A stretch of 64,000 nt of DNA from Gemmatimonas sp. (GCA_965279375.1 OZ257156.1:288001-352000), one strand, 5' to 3'. Numbered from the stretch's first letter, positions 1-10,485 are shown. The notes: a model not told the origin generated them from the sequence alone. Program-made: numbers and translations.

Positions 1-976
1 ATTCGGCGTACTGGTTGGACACGCCGAGTCGAGCGAGGGTTGCGCGGAAGTCGCGGCTCTGATCGATGAACGCGTCTTCTGTGCCGCAATCGATGAACAG
101 TGCGGGCACCGGTGGTCCACCGGCTTTTTGACGACGCAATGCGCGCGCAGCGAGCTGTCCGGGATCGCGAGCGCGCCAGCCGATCGTGTCGCGACCAAAG
201 GGCGCCGTGAGCCAGGGCCAGAGCCACCCAGCGGCCTGCTTGAGCTCGAGCGAGTCGTTGGCATAGCGCGCGGGCGCCGCGTACGGCTTGGGCCCGAGCA
301 GCGCCGGCGACAGTACCCCGGAGTGACTCGCGGCCGCACCGAAGACCTCGGGATACGCGAGCGCGAGGCTGATGGCACCGTAGCCACCCATGCTCAGCCC
401 TGCGATGCCGCGATGCCCGCGATCGGCGATGGAGCGGTACTTCGCATCGACATGCGCGACGACATCGCGTGCGATGTAGTCGTCGTAGTGCGTCCACGGC
501 ACGCAGTAGGTCGCGGCGGGTTCCTTGCGCACGGTATCGCTGGCGCACGGCGGCGAGGCAGCAAGAAGATTCCAGGTGGTATACCAGCCGTCGTCACCGT
601 CGGGCATCACGACGATCGCTTCGCCCTGCCCTGCGGCCGCCAGCGAGTCGAGCGTGTGATCGAGGGCGCCGGCTTCCACCCAATTGCGTTCGTTGCCGTA
701 GAGCCCGTGCAGGTAATACAGCACCGGATAGCGACGCGTCGCCGACGACGCGTACGACGGCGGCAGATACACCGTCAGCGCCTTGCGCACGCCGAGCGAC
801 TGCGTCCAGAGCGTATCGGTGTGCAGGGCGCCGCGCCGCGCCGCGGAGGTCGACTGTGCAGCGCTGTTTCCTGCGGGCACGAGCGCGGCACACGCGAGCG
901 CCACGAGACTGCGCACCACGCGCCAGCGCGCACCGGCTATCGAGGCACGCGTCCATCCGAACGAGCGTGCGTTCAC
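1..976 (-). CDS. Putative secreted esterase (alpha/beta hydrolase), 3' end runs off the window
   Basis: Manual minus-strand translation: GTG start overlapping the upstream TGA; VYLPPSY, YPVLYYLHG and nucleophile motif GIAGLSMGGYGA. Confidence 0.85.
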   Translation of the reverse strand, partial: MNARSFGWTRASIAGARWRVVRSLVALACAALVPAGNSAAQSTSAARRGALHTDTLWTQSLGVRKALTVYLPPSYASSATRRYPVLYYLHGLYGNERNWVEAGALDHTLDSLAAAGQGEAIVVMPDGDDGWYTTWNLLAASPPCASDTVRKEPAATYCVPWTHYDDYIARDVVAHVDAKYRSIADRGHRGIAGLSMGGYGAISLALAYPEVFGAAASHSGVLSPALLGPKPYAAPARYANDSLELKQAAGWLWPWLTAPFGRDTIGWRARDPGQLAARALRRQKAGGPPVPALFIDCGTEDAFIDQSRDFRATLARLGVSNQYAE

Positions 977-1461
977 GGAGCCGCCGTGACGTTGCTGGTC
1001 ACGTAGGACACTTCGTCGTCGATCGCATTGAGGATCGGGTCCAGCGACACCGTGCGAGGGAATCCGAGCGTCGCGTCGTACTCGGCGAGCTTGAGCGTGC
1101 CGGGCTTGAGCGTCGCGGCACGCACGGCCTCGAAGAGCTGCGCGACTGTCTTGAAGTTGCCCCATTCGGCAGTCGGCAGCGGCACGTCCGTGCGGTCGTT
1201 GACCACGTTGGTGATCGTCGTGCCCACCACCGTGATGCGGTATCCGACGTTGCTCGTGACGCAGAAGCAGACGATGCGCTGCACCATGACATACCGATCG
1301 CCGGTCGGCTTCTTGGCGTTCCAGAGCGCGACGGCTGCGGCGTACGCGTCCGTCGTGGTACCGCCACCACCGCCCGTGATGGAGCTGCTGGAGCACGCTG
1401 CCGCGCCCCAGGTCATCACGCCGAGTGTGACGGCAGCGATCGTTCGCGTCATGGATCGCAT
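973..1461 (-). CDS. DUF6174-like lipoprotein
   Basis: Lipobox-like AAAC; CFC motif; YDATLGFP...DDE C-terminus; start trimmed to MRSMTR after the lepB stop. Confidence 0.7.
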   Translation of the reverse strand: MRSMTRTIAAVTLGVMTWGAAACSSSSITGGGGGTTTDAYAAAVALWNAKKPTGDRYVMVQRIVCFCVTSNVGYRITVVGTTITNVVNDRTDVPLPTAEWGNFKTVAQLFEAVRAATLKPGTLKLAEYDATLGFPRTVSLDPILNAIDDEVSYVTSNVTAAP

Positions 1462-1463
1462 GG

Positions 1464-2258
1464 CTACTTGATCATCGTGCCGAGTCGTCCCCAGCGGATA
1501 TCGGTGAGGAACGGAAGCGGCCGATCGCTGTCGTCGGCGTTGTAGGTGTAGTACACGAACGACGGGCGACCCCGCACGTTCTCGCGTGGCACGAAGCCCC
1601 AGTAGCGGGCGTCCTTGGAGTCGTAGCGATTGTCGCCGAGCATGAACAGATGGTCGGCGGGCACCACCATCGGTCCCCAGTTGTCGAGCGTGGGCTGCGC
1701 GGCAGGATCGCCGGCGCGGGTGCCACGAAGCTCGAACGGCTTCTGCCACATGAACAGCGGATGCGAGAAGGAGCCATCGCCCTTCACGTTCTGCGAGGCG
1801 GGAAAGCCCTGTGGCTGCGCCATGCCGTTCACATACAACAGTCCGTCGCGCATCCAGATCGTATCGCCGGCCACGGCCACACAGCGTTTGACCAGGGTGG
1901 GGTTCGGATCTTCCGGTTGATCGATCTGATCGGGCGACTTGAAGACGACCACGTCGCCGCGCTTGGGGTCGGTGTACCCGGGGAGATTGATGTCGGTGAA
2001 GGGGACGTGCGGACCGTACGCGAGCTTGTTCACGAACAGCCAGTCACCCACGAGCAGCGTCGGGATCATGCTCCCGGACGGAATCCGATAGGCCTCGAAG
2101 AGGAAGGTTCGGATCGCGAAGAAGATCACCAGCGTCCAGATGACCGCCTTGATGTTCTCCCACGTGCTGGAACCGCTGCTGCGAGACTTGCCGGACTTGC
2201 CGGAGCGCAACGCTGCCACGCTACCGGTGCTGTCCGACGACTTCTTGTTCGAGGCCAC
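1464..2258 (-). CDS. lepB: Signal peptidase I
   Basis: IPSGSMIPTLLVGD (catalytic Ser), LVKRC (Lys), GDNRYDSKDARYWGF; GTG start chosen by eye. Confidence 0.95.
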   Translation of the reverse strand: MASNKKSSDSTGSVAALRSGKSGKSRSSGSSTWENIKAVIWTLVIFFAIRTFLFEAYRIPSGSMIPTLLVGDWLFVNKLAYGPHVPFTDINLPGYTDPKRGDVVVFKSPDQIDQPEDPNPTLVKRCVAVAGDTIWMRDGLLYVNGMAQPQGFPASQNVKGDGSFSHPLFMWQKPFELRGTRAGDPAAQPTLDNWGPMVVPADHLFMLGDNRYDSKDARYWGFVPRENVRGRPSFVYYTYNADDSDRPLPFLTDIRWGRLGTMIK

Positions 2259-2335
2259 GAGACTTTGGGGCTGAAAGGAGCAGACGAAGAATTCGACCAG
2301 ACGACGCTGCCGCACCGTGATGCCACGAACGCGGA

Positions 2336-2364
2336 AGGGGCGCGTCCCAGCGGGACACGCCCCT
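2336..2364 (-). terminator. GC-rich hairpin downstream of the SWIB gene
   Basis: AGGGGCGTGTCCC-GCT-GGGACGCGCCCCT on the minus strand (13-bp stem, one G:U); weak U tract. Confidence 0.55.
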
Positions 2365-2392
2365 CCAATTTACGCCGGAAACTGCCCGGAGG

Positions 2393-2821
2393 TTACGACA
2401 GGTGCTTGGAGATCAGCTTGGTCATGTCGAACATGCTGACCTGCGCCTTGCCGCCGAAAACGGCCTTGAGCTTGTCGTCGCCGTTGATCATGCGCTTGTT
2501 CTTCGCGTCCTGGAGGCCGTGCTTCTTGATGTAGGCCCACAGCTTCTTCACGACTTCCGTACGCGGCAGACCCTTGTCACCGACGACTGCGGCGAGGATC
2601 GGGCTCGGCGTGAGCGGCTTCATGAACGCCGCATTCGGCGTACGCTTCGCAGCCTTCTTCGGGGCGGCCTTCTTCGCAGCAGGCGCCTTCTTGGCAGCCG
2701 GCGCCTTCTTCGCCGGAGCAGCCTTCTTCGCAGCCTTCTTCGGGGCAGCCTTCTTGGGGGCGGCCTTCTTGGGGGCAGCCTTCTTTGCAGCCTTCTTCGC
2801 AGACTTCTTCGCAGCGGCCAT
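2393..2821 (-). CDS. SWIB/MDM2-domain protein with histone H1-like Lys/Ala/Pro tail
   Basis: PKKAA repeats, then RTEVVKKLWAYIKKHGLQD...KLKAVFGG...VSMFDMTKLISKHL; GGAG SD before the ATG. Confidence 0.92.
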   Translation of the reverse strand: MAAAKKSAKKAAKKAAPKKAAPKKAAPKKAAKKAAPAKKAPAAKKAPAAKKAAPKKAAKRTPNAAFMKPLTPSPILAAVVGDKGLPRTEVVKKLWAYIKKHGLQDAKNKRMINGDDKLKAVFGGKAQVSMFDMTKLISKHLS

Positions 2822-3040
2822 AGCGACTCCTGAGGGGGGGACCGTAAGAGCCGCGTTTCGCCAAACGGCTCTGAATGCGTCGCGCCAATGCGCAGACGCG
2901 CCACAAACTACAATCACCATGTATGCGCGCAATAGGCGCAAATGCGTTTTTCCCTATGAAAACGCAAAATTTTTCTGACTTTTCCCTCTGAGACACATCC
3001 GAGACGCATGCGCGAACGCCGAAATCCCCTCGGAAGCGCG

Positions 3041-4183
3041 TCAGTTTTCACTGCGTCGCGACATCCACGCGGCGATCGCCTGCAGGACATCCGCACGCAA
3101 ATGGCGCTCTGACAACCGCGCATACCCACGCGGATCACCGTCGGGGTCGGTGAGCATCAGGTGATTCGCCAGCGGCACCCGACGCGTCTCCACGCGCGCG
3201 CCGCCCGCACGAAACGCCTTCGCGAGTGCATCCTCCTCGCCCACCGGCACCTGTCGATCCTGCGCGCCGTGCAGCAGCAACACCGGGGCACTCACGCGGC
3301 GCGCCACCTCGCGCGGCTCGATCTCGAACCACGTACGCAACCACGGGTCGGCCGCAGCCGCGCGCTCCGCCTCGGCTTCCGCACGCGCCAGCACCGATGT
3401 GCGCTCCGAGGGCGGCCACGCCGCCGCATCGCTCTGCACGAGCGTGGCGCGCTGCCAGCGCGCCAGTTCGCGCCCATTACGCGCGGTCGCTCCCAGCAAC
3501 ACCAGCGACGCGACCTGCGAGTCACGCGCCGCGACCAGCATCGCGACGAGCGCGCCCTCACTGTGCCCGATCAGCGCGATGCGCGCCGGATCCACACCCT
3601 CCTGCGCACGCAGCCATCGCAGCGCCGCCTCCGCGTCACGCGCGAAATCGTAGGTCGTCGCGCCGGCGAAACGACCAGTCGATGCGCCCGTACCGCGGTC
3701 GTCCAACCGAAGCACCGCGACACCGCGCCCGAGCAGCGAATCCGCGATGTCCCGAAACGGGAGATATCCCGGCAGCTCCGCGCGCGACCCATCGCGGTCC
3801 TGCGGACCCGATCCGCTGAGCAACAGCGCAGTGGGCCACCCAGCACGCGGTGTCCCTGCGCGCGACGTCGTATCGTCCGACGCGTTGCGATCGGTCGGCA
3901 GCGCGAACGTACCCGCGAGGATCACGCCGCTGTCGGAGGGCACTCGGACCTCGCGTTCGCGCACACCGGCGACACGCACGGCGCCGCTTCGCGCGGCCGC
4001 TCCACGTGCTTCTGCCGCCTGCGGTCCGCCCCTGTCACACGCACTGAGGCTCGCGCCGAGGCACGCCCACATCGGCCACACAAGCGCGATCAGCGCTCGC
4101 CGGATCGGCGTAGGCCGTGTCAGCGCCTTCCGTGTCAGCGCCTTCCGTGTCGGCGCCGTCCGTGTCGGCGCCGTCCGCACCAT
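3041..4183 (-). CDS. Alpha/beta hydrolase (S9/S33-like), probably exported
   Basis: SGSGPQDRDG, RLDDRGTG, GHSEG nucleophile, HGAQDRQV, ANH. Confidence 0.85.
   Translation of the reverse strand: MVRTAPTRTAPTRKALTRKALTRPTPIRRALIALVWPMWACLGASLSACDRGGPQAAEARGAAARSGAVRVAGVREREVRVPSDSGVILAGTFALPTDRNASDDTTSRAGTPRAGWPTALLLSGSGPQDRDGSRAELPGYLPFRDIADSLLGRGVAVLRLDDRGTGASTGRFAGATTYDFARDAEAALRWLRAQEGVDPARIALIGHSEGALVAMLVAARDSQVASLVLLGATARNGRELARWQRATLVQSDAAAWPPSERTSVLARAEAEAERAAAADPWLRTWFEIEPREVARRVSAPVLLLHGAQDRQVPVGEEDALAKAFRAGGARVETRRVPLANHLMLTDPDGDPRGYARLSERHLRADVLQAIAAWMSRRSEN
4115..4177. repeat. 15-bp tandem repeat x4
   Basis: CCGTGTCAGCGCCTT x2 then CCGTGTCGGCGCCGT x2; encodes TAPTR/KALTR at the hydrolase N-terminus. 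Confidence 0.9.
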
Positions 4184-4200
4184 CGCCCTGCCGAACGACC

Positions 4201-5106
4201 TCACGCCGCGGTGCGGTCCTCGGACAGCGCGCGCAGCCGCTCCACCGATTGCACATCCCACAGGTCCGGGCTGTCGTCGTCGTCCGCCACGTCGGGATTG
4301 GCCTGCGGCGTTTCGAGAATCAACGGGATGTCCTGCGCGCGACGATCCTGCAGCAACCAGCCGAACGGCGCCGCGCCGATCAGCCCCTCGCCAATCACCA
4401 TGTGGCGATCGCGGTTGGAGCCGAGTGCCCCTTCGCTGTCGTTCAGATGGAGAAACGCGGGCGGTTCTCCCGTCGCCGCTTCGAATGCATCCAGCACCTC
4501 GGCCTGCGCCGCACGCGACGTACCGATGGGAAAGCCCGACGCGAACAGATGGCAGGTATCGAGCCCGTATCCGGTGCGCGCGCGCTGCTCGGCGGGGATG
4601 CACGCGAGCATCGCGGCGACTTCGGCCGGAGTCTTTCCCATGGTGGTGCCGGCGCCCGCCGTGTTCTCGATGAGCAGGCGCGTACGTCCCTCGGGCACGG
4701 CCGCGAGTGCGCGGCGCATCGCTTCGCCTATGCGGAGAATCGCCGCGTCGCGATCGCCGTCGGTGGCCGCGCCAGGATGAAAGCAGACGCCGCCCACGCC
4801 GAGCGCGGTCGAGCGTTCGAACTCCTTGGCGAGTCCTGCGGCCGCGCGTTCCCACTTCTCCGGCTCCGGTGTGCCGCAGTTGAGCACGTACGCCGCGTGC
4901 ACGATGACATGCTGCGGCTGAATGCCGGCGACGCCCAGCGCCTCATGGAAGCGCGCGACGCGGTCGGGCTTCACGCTCACCTTGTCATTGTAGAACTTCG
5001 GGACCGCCGAGAAGATCTGCAGCGCCGACATTCCCGATCGACCGGCGCGACGCGCCGCCATGGGAATGCCACCGTTGTCGATGCAGTGCGCGCCGATGTA
5101 GAGCAT
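4201..5106 (-). CDS. nfo: Endonuclease IV (AP endonuclease)
   Basis: IGAH, HAAYVLN, FHPG, ENTAG, LDTCHLF, HLNDS, DRH, ILETP zinc-ligand motifs. Confidence 0.95.
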   Translation of the reverse strand: MLYIGAHCIDNGGIPMAARRAGRSGMSALQIFSAVPKFYNDKVSVKPDRVARFHEALGVAGIQPQHVIVHAAYVLNCGTPEPEKWERAAAGLAKEFERSTALGVGGVCFHPGAATDGDRDAAILRIGEAMRRALAAVPEGRTRLLIENTAGAGTTMGKTPAEVAAMLACIPAEQRARTGYGLDTCHLFASGFPIGTSRAAQAEVLDAFEAATGEPPAFLHLNDSEGALGSNRDRHMVIGEGLIGAAPFGWLLQDRRAQDIPLILETPQANPDVADDDDSPDLWDVQSVERLRALSEDRTAA

Positions 5107-5134
5107 GTGCGGAGAGGTTGGAGTTGCCGCTAAA

Positions 5135-6202
5135 CTATCGCACCGTCGCGCGACGCACGCGAAAGAGCGGTTCGCCGCCGCCCGACGGCGTCTCGCTCCA
5201 CCCGACGATCACCGCGCGACCACGCGCCGCCACGTAGGGGTCGCGCGCGTTGGCGATCGCGCTGCTGGCGATGATGCGGTCTTCGAACAGGTGCCCCGAG
5301 GTGCGCGAAATGGCGAGCCCGATACGCGGCCGCTCACCACCGTTGGGGTCGTCATACGCAATCGCGACGACATCGCCCGAGACGGCGACCCGCACCGCGC
5401 CCAATCGCTCGCCGTACACGATCGCCTGCGGGGCTTCGAAGCTGGCGCGCGGGTCCATCTGATGCGCGTAGAACACACCCGGCCCTTCCGGCCCGGTGAG
5501 TGCGTAGCCGACGTGCACGTAGCCGTGCGCATCGTCCACGACGATACTGGCCGCATCGCGCGCGCATCCGGCCGCGCCACGCATCCCCGCCTGCGCATCG
5601 CCCGGCCCCTGGTCGAGCGAGTCCACGATGATCGGGCCGCGCCATGCCCCCAGTTTGGATTCCGTCACGAGTGTATCGCGCCACGCTGCCAGCAGCAGCA
5701 CGCGCCCACGTTCGCGACGCGACCACCAGACGGCCACGCGTCCACGACCCGGCACGAGCGCTTCACGTAACGACCGCGCGCACCGCACGCTGTCGATCGG
5801 TGCGTCCCCCTCGCCCATCGAGTTGGCGGGCGCCGGCGCGGTCATAACCATCCCCGCCATCGGCACCGGCACGACCTCCGCGGTTGCGCGCGATTCGTCC
5901 ATCGCCTGCAGTCGCGGCTCGAGCAGTGCACGCGCATTCGTTTCGCGCAGCACGTCCTGCAACCGCAGCAGTTCCGCCGTCGCCGACGTGTCGCGCATCG
6001 TCGAGTCGAACGCCACCATCGGCGGGTGCGACAGAGGCGACGGGTCTTCCGTTGCGACCGGCCGCTCGTCGACCCAGCTCACGGCGGGCTTCTCGCAGCC
6101 GGTGAGCGCCGCCAACGCCAGCGATGCAATCGCGACCGCCTTGGCGGTACGCACGAGGACGGAAGAGGGGGCTGCCAACGAAGGATGCACGGTACGAAGC
6201 AT
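5135..6202 (-). CDS. Hypothetical lipoprotein, BNR/beta-propeller-like C-terminus
   Basis: Lipobox LTGC; ISRTSGHLF resembles an Asp-box. Confidence 0.65.
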   Translation of the reverse strand: MLRTVHPSLAAPSSVLVRTAKAVAIASLALAALTGCEKPAVSWVDERPVATEDPSPLSHPPMVAFDSTMRDTSATAELLRLQDVLRETNARALLEPRLQAMDESRATAEVVPVPMAGMVMTAPAPANSMGEGDAPIDSVRCARSLREALVPGRGRVAVWWSRRERGRVLLLAAWRDTLVTESKLGAWRGPIIVDSLDQGPGDAQAGMRGAAGCARDAASIVVDDAHGYVHVGYALTGPEGPGVFYAHQMDPRASFEAPQAIVYGERLGAVRVAVSGDVVAIAYDDPNGGERPRIGLAISRTSGHLFEDRIIASSAIANARDPYVAARGRAVIVGWSETPSGGGEPLFRVRRATVR

Positions 6203-6320
6203 GTGCCAACGCTAGTCGGCGGACCATGCTACGGAGAAGCGGTCGGAACGCTAGCTTTCGCGGGCGACGGGTCGTCTCGTGCGGACCCGAGCCCAACTCT
6301 TGCCATTCGGAGATCCGCTG

Positions 6321-7964
6321 ATGTCCTTCGCCGCTTTCGACGGCTTGCGTCGTGTGCCACCGGCCGTGAACGAACCCATTCGCTCGTACGCGCCCAACTC
6401 CCCCGAGCGCGCGTCGCTCAAGCGTCGGCTGGCGCAGATGGCCGCCGAGCAGGTCGAGATTCCGATCGTGATCGGTGGCCGTCGCATTCATACGGGCGAC
6501 GTCTCCACGGTCACGATGCCCTGCGACCACCAGCACGTCTTGGCCACCTTCCACAAGGCCACGCCGGAACTCGCACAGGAAGCGATCGCCTCCTGCGCGG
6601 CCGCATCCAAGGAATGGGCCTCGTGGCGCTGGGAAGACCGCGCCGCGGTGTTCCTGCGCGCTGCCGAACTGCTGACGACCACTTGGCGCGACACGCTCAA
6701 CGCGGCCACGATGCTCGGGCAGGCCAAGACGGTGCATCAGGCGGAAATCGATTCGGCCTGCGAGCTCATCGACTTCTGGCGCTTCAACGTGCAGTTCGCG
6801 CAGGAGCTGTACACCGAGCAGCCGATCGCCGATCACTCGATGTGGAACCAGCTCGAGTTCCGTCCGCTCGAAGGATTCGTCTACGCGGTGACGCCGTTCA
6901 ACTTCACGGCCATCGGCGGCAACCTCCCCGGCGCGCCCGCGCTCATGGGCAACACGGTGCTCTGGAAGCCCGCCGCCACGGCCATGCTGTCGGCATGGTA
7001 CGTCTATCAGATCCTCGAAGAAGCGGGGCTGCCGCCGGGCGTCATCAACTTCGTCCCGGGCGACGCCGCCGCGATCTCCAAGGTCGCGCTCGAACACCGC
7101 GATCTCGCCGGCGTGCACTTCACCGGCTCCACGGCTGTCTTCAACAGCATGTGGGAGACGATCGGCCGCAACATGAACAACTATCGCTCGTACCCGCGCA
7201 TCGTCGGCGAAACGGGCGGCAAGGACTTCATCGTTGCGCACCCGAGCGCCGACCCGCAGGCACTGGCCGTCGGCATGGTCCGTGGCGCCTTCGAATATCA
7301 GGGGCAAAAATGCTCGGCGGCCAGCCGCGCGTATGTGCCGGCGTCACTCTGGCCAACGGTCAAGGAACGCTGCGTCGAGATGATGCAGGAGATGAAGCAG
7401 GGCGACGTGCGCGACTTCCGGAACTTCGTCGCCGCCGTCATCGACCAGAAGGCGTTCAATCGCATCAAGGGCTACCTCGACGACGCGAAGACGAACCCGA
7501 CGTCCACGATCATCGCTGGCGGTGGCTACGATGACTCCAAGGGCTGGTTCGTTGAGCCGACGATCGTCGAGACAACGGACCCGAAGCATCGCATGCTCTG
7601 CGAAGAGATCTTCGGCCCGGTGCTGACGGTGCATGTCTACGACGACGCCAAGTGGCACGAAACCCTGGCGCTGGTGGACAGCACGTCGCCGTACGCACTC
7701 ACCGGTGCAGTGTTCTCGCGCGATCGCCAGGGCGTGCGTGACGCATCCAGCGCACTACGCCAGTCGGCCGGCAACTTCTACATCAACGACAAGCCGACCG
7801 GCGCCGTCGTTGGGCAGCAGCCGTTCGGTGGTGCACGCGCCTCGGGCACCAACGACAAGGCAGGCTCCAAGCTCAACCTGCAGCGGTGGGTGAGCGCGCG
7901 CACAATCAAGGAAACCTTCGTCTCGCCGACGGACTGGCAGTACCCGTTCCTGGGGGCGGAGTGA
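6321..7964 (+). CDS. pruA: L-glutamate gamma-semialdehyde (P5C) dehydrogenase
   Basis: PFNFTAI, FTGST, GETGGKDF, EYQGQKCSA, EEIFGP, QQPFGGARASGTNDKAG. Confidence 0.95.
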   Translation: MSFAAFDGLRRVPPAVNEPIRSYAPNSPERASLKRRLAQMAAEQVEIPIVIGGRRIHTGDVSTVTMPCDHQHVLATFHKATPELAQEAIASCAAASKEWASWRWEDRAAVFLRAAELLTTTWRDTLNAATMLGQAKTVHQAEIDSACELIDFWRFNVQFAQELYTEQPIADHSMWNQLEFRPLEGFVYAVTPFNFTAIGGNLPGAPALMGNTVLWKPAATAMLSAWYVYQILEEAGLPPGVINFVPGDAAAISKVALEHRDLAGVHFTGSTAVFNSMWETIGRNMNNYRSYPRIVGETGGKDFIVAHPSADPQALAVGMVRGAFEYQGQKCSAASRAYVPASLWPTVKERCVEMMQEMKQGDVRDFRNFVAAVIDQKAFNRIKGYLDDAKTNPTSTIIAGGGYDDSKGWFVEPTIVETTDPKHRMLCEEIFGPVLTVHVYDDAKWHETLALVDSTSPYALTGAVFSRDRQGVRDASSALRQSAGNFYINDKPTGAVVGQQPFGGARASGTNDKAGSKLNLQRWVSARTIKETFVSPTDWQYPFLGAE

Positions 7965-8905
7965 CCCAACGCACCCTGCGGTATTTCACGGCGGACGTTT
8001 TCACGACAGCGCCGTTCACGGGCAATCAGTTGGCGATCGTCTTTGGCGCCGAAGGATTATCCACGGAAACGCTGCAGGCAGTCACGCGCGAGTTCAATTA
8101 CTCGGAGACGTCGTTCGTCTTCGCACCGGAAGACCCGTCGCACACGCGGCGGGTCCGCATCTTCACGCCGGAGGAGGAACTCCCCTTCGCCGGCCATCCC
8201 ACTATCGGCACCGCGCATGCGCTCGTGGCGTCGGGTGAAGTGCCCGTGGTCGGTGATGAGGTGACGATCGTGTTGGGCGAGGGCGTCGGCCCCGTGCCCG
8301 TGCGCATTCGCCTCGAACACGGCGTTCCGGTTCACGCACAGTTCACCACGGCCAAGTTGCCGACCGAGCGCACGCCGGCCACCACGCTGGCGCAGTTCGC
8401 CGAAATGCTGTCGCTCGAGGTGAGCGATCTCGTGGGCGGCCCGCACGCGCCGGCCATCGTGGATGCGGGCATTCCGTGGTTAGTCGTGCCGCTCGCCAGC
8501 ACCGATGCGGTCCGTCGTGCACGCGTGCGGGTCGATGCGGTGGAGCAGCATCTCCCGGGACGCGACGGAAAGTTCTGGTTCGTCTTTGCCATGGCCAATG
8601 GCGAGGTCGATGCCAGCGCGCCCGAGCACGTGCAGGGGACCGACATTCGCTCGCGAGCCTTCCTGCCCGGAGCCGCCGTACCGGAAGATCCCGCCACGGG
8701 ATCGGCCAACGCGTGCCTTGCCGGCTATCTCGCCGCGCGCACGCCGCGCGATGGTGTGCTCACGTGGGAAGTAGCGCAGGGCGTCGAGATGGGGCGCGCC
8801 AGCCGATTGTCCATCGAGGCGGTCAAGCAGCAGGGCGTCATCACCGCTGTCCGCGTGGGCGGCTCGACGGTAATGATTACCGAAGGCGTGATGACCCTCC
8901 GCTAG
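7961..8905 (+). CDS. PhzF-family isomerase
   Basis: DVFT..FTGNQLA, SETSF, ELPFAGHPTIG, EDPATGSA, QGVEMGR; GTGA overlap with pruA. Confidence 0.92.
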   Translation: MTQRTLRYFTADVFTTAPFTGNQLAIVFGAEGLSTETLQAVTREFNYSETSFVFAPEDPSHTRRVRIFTPEEELPFAGHPTIGTAHALVASGEVPVVGDEVTIVLGEGVGPVPVRIRLEHGVPVHAQFTTAKLPTERTPATTLAQFAEMLSLEVSDLVGGPHAPAIVDAGIPWLVVPLASTDAVRRARVRVDAVEQHLPGRDGKFWFVFAMANGEVDASAPEHVQGTDIRSRAFLPGAAVPEDPATGSANACLAGYLAARTPRDGVLTWEVAQGVEMGRASRLSIEAVKQQGVITAVRVGGSTVMITEGVMTLR

Positions 8906-10268
8906 CGGCCGGTGCGCCGCCGCCGATCAGCGGCGGCGCACCACCGCTGACACCACTATTGATCGGCGGAAACGCGCCGGAGCGCAGCGTCGCGAATTCG
9001 CCGGACGCACCGAGGCGCAACGCTTCCAATCCGTGCGACCACAACACCACGCGATTGCGCCCACTGCGCTTGGCGGCGTACAGCGCTTCGTCGGCACGGG
9101 CGCGCAGATCCTCAGTCATGCCGTCGTCGGGTACCGCATCGGCCACCACGCCCACGCTCACGGTCACCCGCACCTTGCGCGGTCTCGGCTCCGCAAAGCT
9201 CCGACGCTCGAACGCCTCGACGATTCGGTTGGCCAGATGCATCGCGCCATCGGCCCGCGTGTCGGGCGACAGCACGACGAACTCCTCGCCGCCCGTGCGC
9301 GCCACGACATCCCCCGCTCGCGCCGTGGACCGCAACAGCGCGCCGGCCTCCGCGATGACCTGATCGCCCACGAGATGGCCGTAGGTATCGTTGATCTTCT
9401 TGAAGTAGTCGAGATCGATGGCAAGGAGCGCGATGTGCGTGTGCGCACGCGCGGCCCGCGAGACTTCGCGGCGCAACTGCTGGTCGAAGCCGCGTCGATT
9501 GAGGCAACCCGACAGCGGATCGGTAAGCACTATCGAGGCGAGCTGCGTGCGCATGCGATTGTAGGCACGCCCGACAACGGTGATGGCATCCGGGCGCCGG
9601 TCGCTCGCAACGTCATACGTCGCAGAAAAATCGCCCTCCTCCGCCTGCTCGAAGATCGTGACGAGGGAGCCGAGTCTCTCGTGCAACGTACTCTGCACGA
9701 GTACCACGAGCATGGCGCCCACGCTGAACATCCCCAGCGTGATGATCACCTCGTTCCACTCGAGCGCTGCGCCGTGTGCGATGGCCAGGTCGTTGATCAA
9801 CAGATAGCTCGACGCGATCGCGGCGATCAGCAGCAACGCCGGCGTTCGTCCGAAGTACACGTGCGTGAGCTGCAGCGAAAAAAGCGCGATCAGCAGCGCG
9901 CGATCGTAGTCCTCCGGTCGCGCGACCAGGAACATCAGCCAGAACACCACGCCGAGATCGGCGACGACCATCAGCGTGGCCACGGCGCGACTGGCGCGAC
10001 GCGTGGTGTGTACGAGTCGACGGATGCCCAGCACGAGGGCGAGGTACGTCAGGCTGACGGCGACGAGGATCCACTCCGCGGCGTTTGCCACGAGCGTCGC
10101 GTCAGCGACGGGCGAGAGCGTCAGGATTCCCGCCGTGCGAAAGAGCACGGCGACGACCAAAGCGCAGAACGCCAGCACCACCCGGTAGCCGGTCTGCCAT
10201 AGCAACGCATCCGCGTTGCCCTGCTCATAGCGGCTGTTGTCGGTGACCATTGCGTGAACCTCCGACAT
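8877..10268 (-). CDS. Membrane-bound diguanylate cyclase
   Basis: About 6 TM segments, HAMP-like linker, TDPLSGCLNRR, DLDYFKKINDTYGH, ARTGGEEF; start approximate. Confidence 0.9.
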   Translation of the reverse strand: MSEVHAMVTDNSRYEQGNADALLWQTGYRVVLAFCALVVAVLFRTAGILTLSPVADATLVANAAEWILVAVSLTYLALVLGIRRLVHTTRRASRAVATLMVVADLGVVFWLMFLVARPEDYDRALLIALFSLQLTHVYFGRTPALLLIAAIASSYLLINDLAIAHGAALEWNEVIITLGMFSVGAMLVVLVQSTLHERLGSLVTIFEQAEEGDFSATYDVASDRRPDAITVVGRAYNRMRTQLASIVLTDPLSGCLNRRGFDQQLRREVSRAARAHTHIALLAIDLDYFKKINDTYGHLVGDQVIAEAGALLRSTARAGDVVARTGGEEFVVLSPDTRADGAMHLANRIVEAFERRSFAEPRPRKVRVTVSVGVVADAVPDDGMTEDLRARADEALYAAKRSGRNRVVLWSHGLEALRLGASGEFATLRSGAFPPINSGVSGGAPPLIGGGAPAASGGSSRLR

Positions 10269-10485
10269 TGATGCTGCGCCGCGGGAGGCGGCTGTGCGCA
10301 CACATGGCTGTGCGCGCACCGACACTGCTGGATGATAAGCCTACGGCTCAGTCGGCAAGGCGTACCCGGCCGACGCACAGTGTTCTATACCACAATGTGA
10401 TGCACGTGGGCCGGCGACGAACTCAGCGTTGGCTGCCAGTACTCGCTCAGCGGCAATCGCTCGTTAGTCCGGATGCGGCTCGTGC

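Noticed and set aside
8877..8905. 29-bp convergent overlap of PhzF and GGDEF genes
   Set aside because: Low-complexity C-terminal extension; common in high-GC genomes
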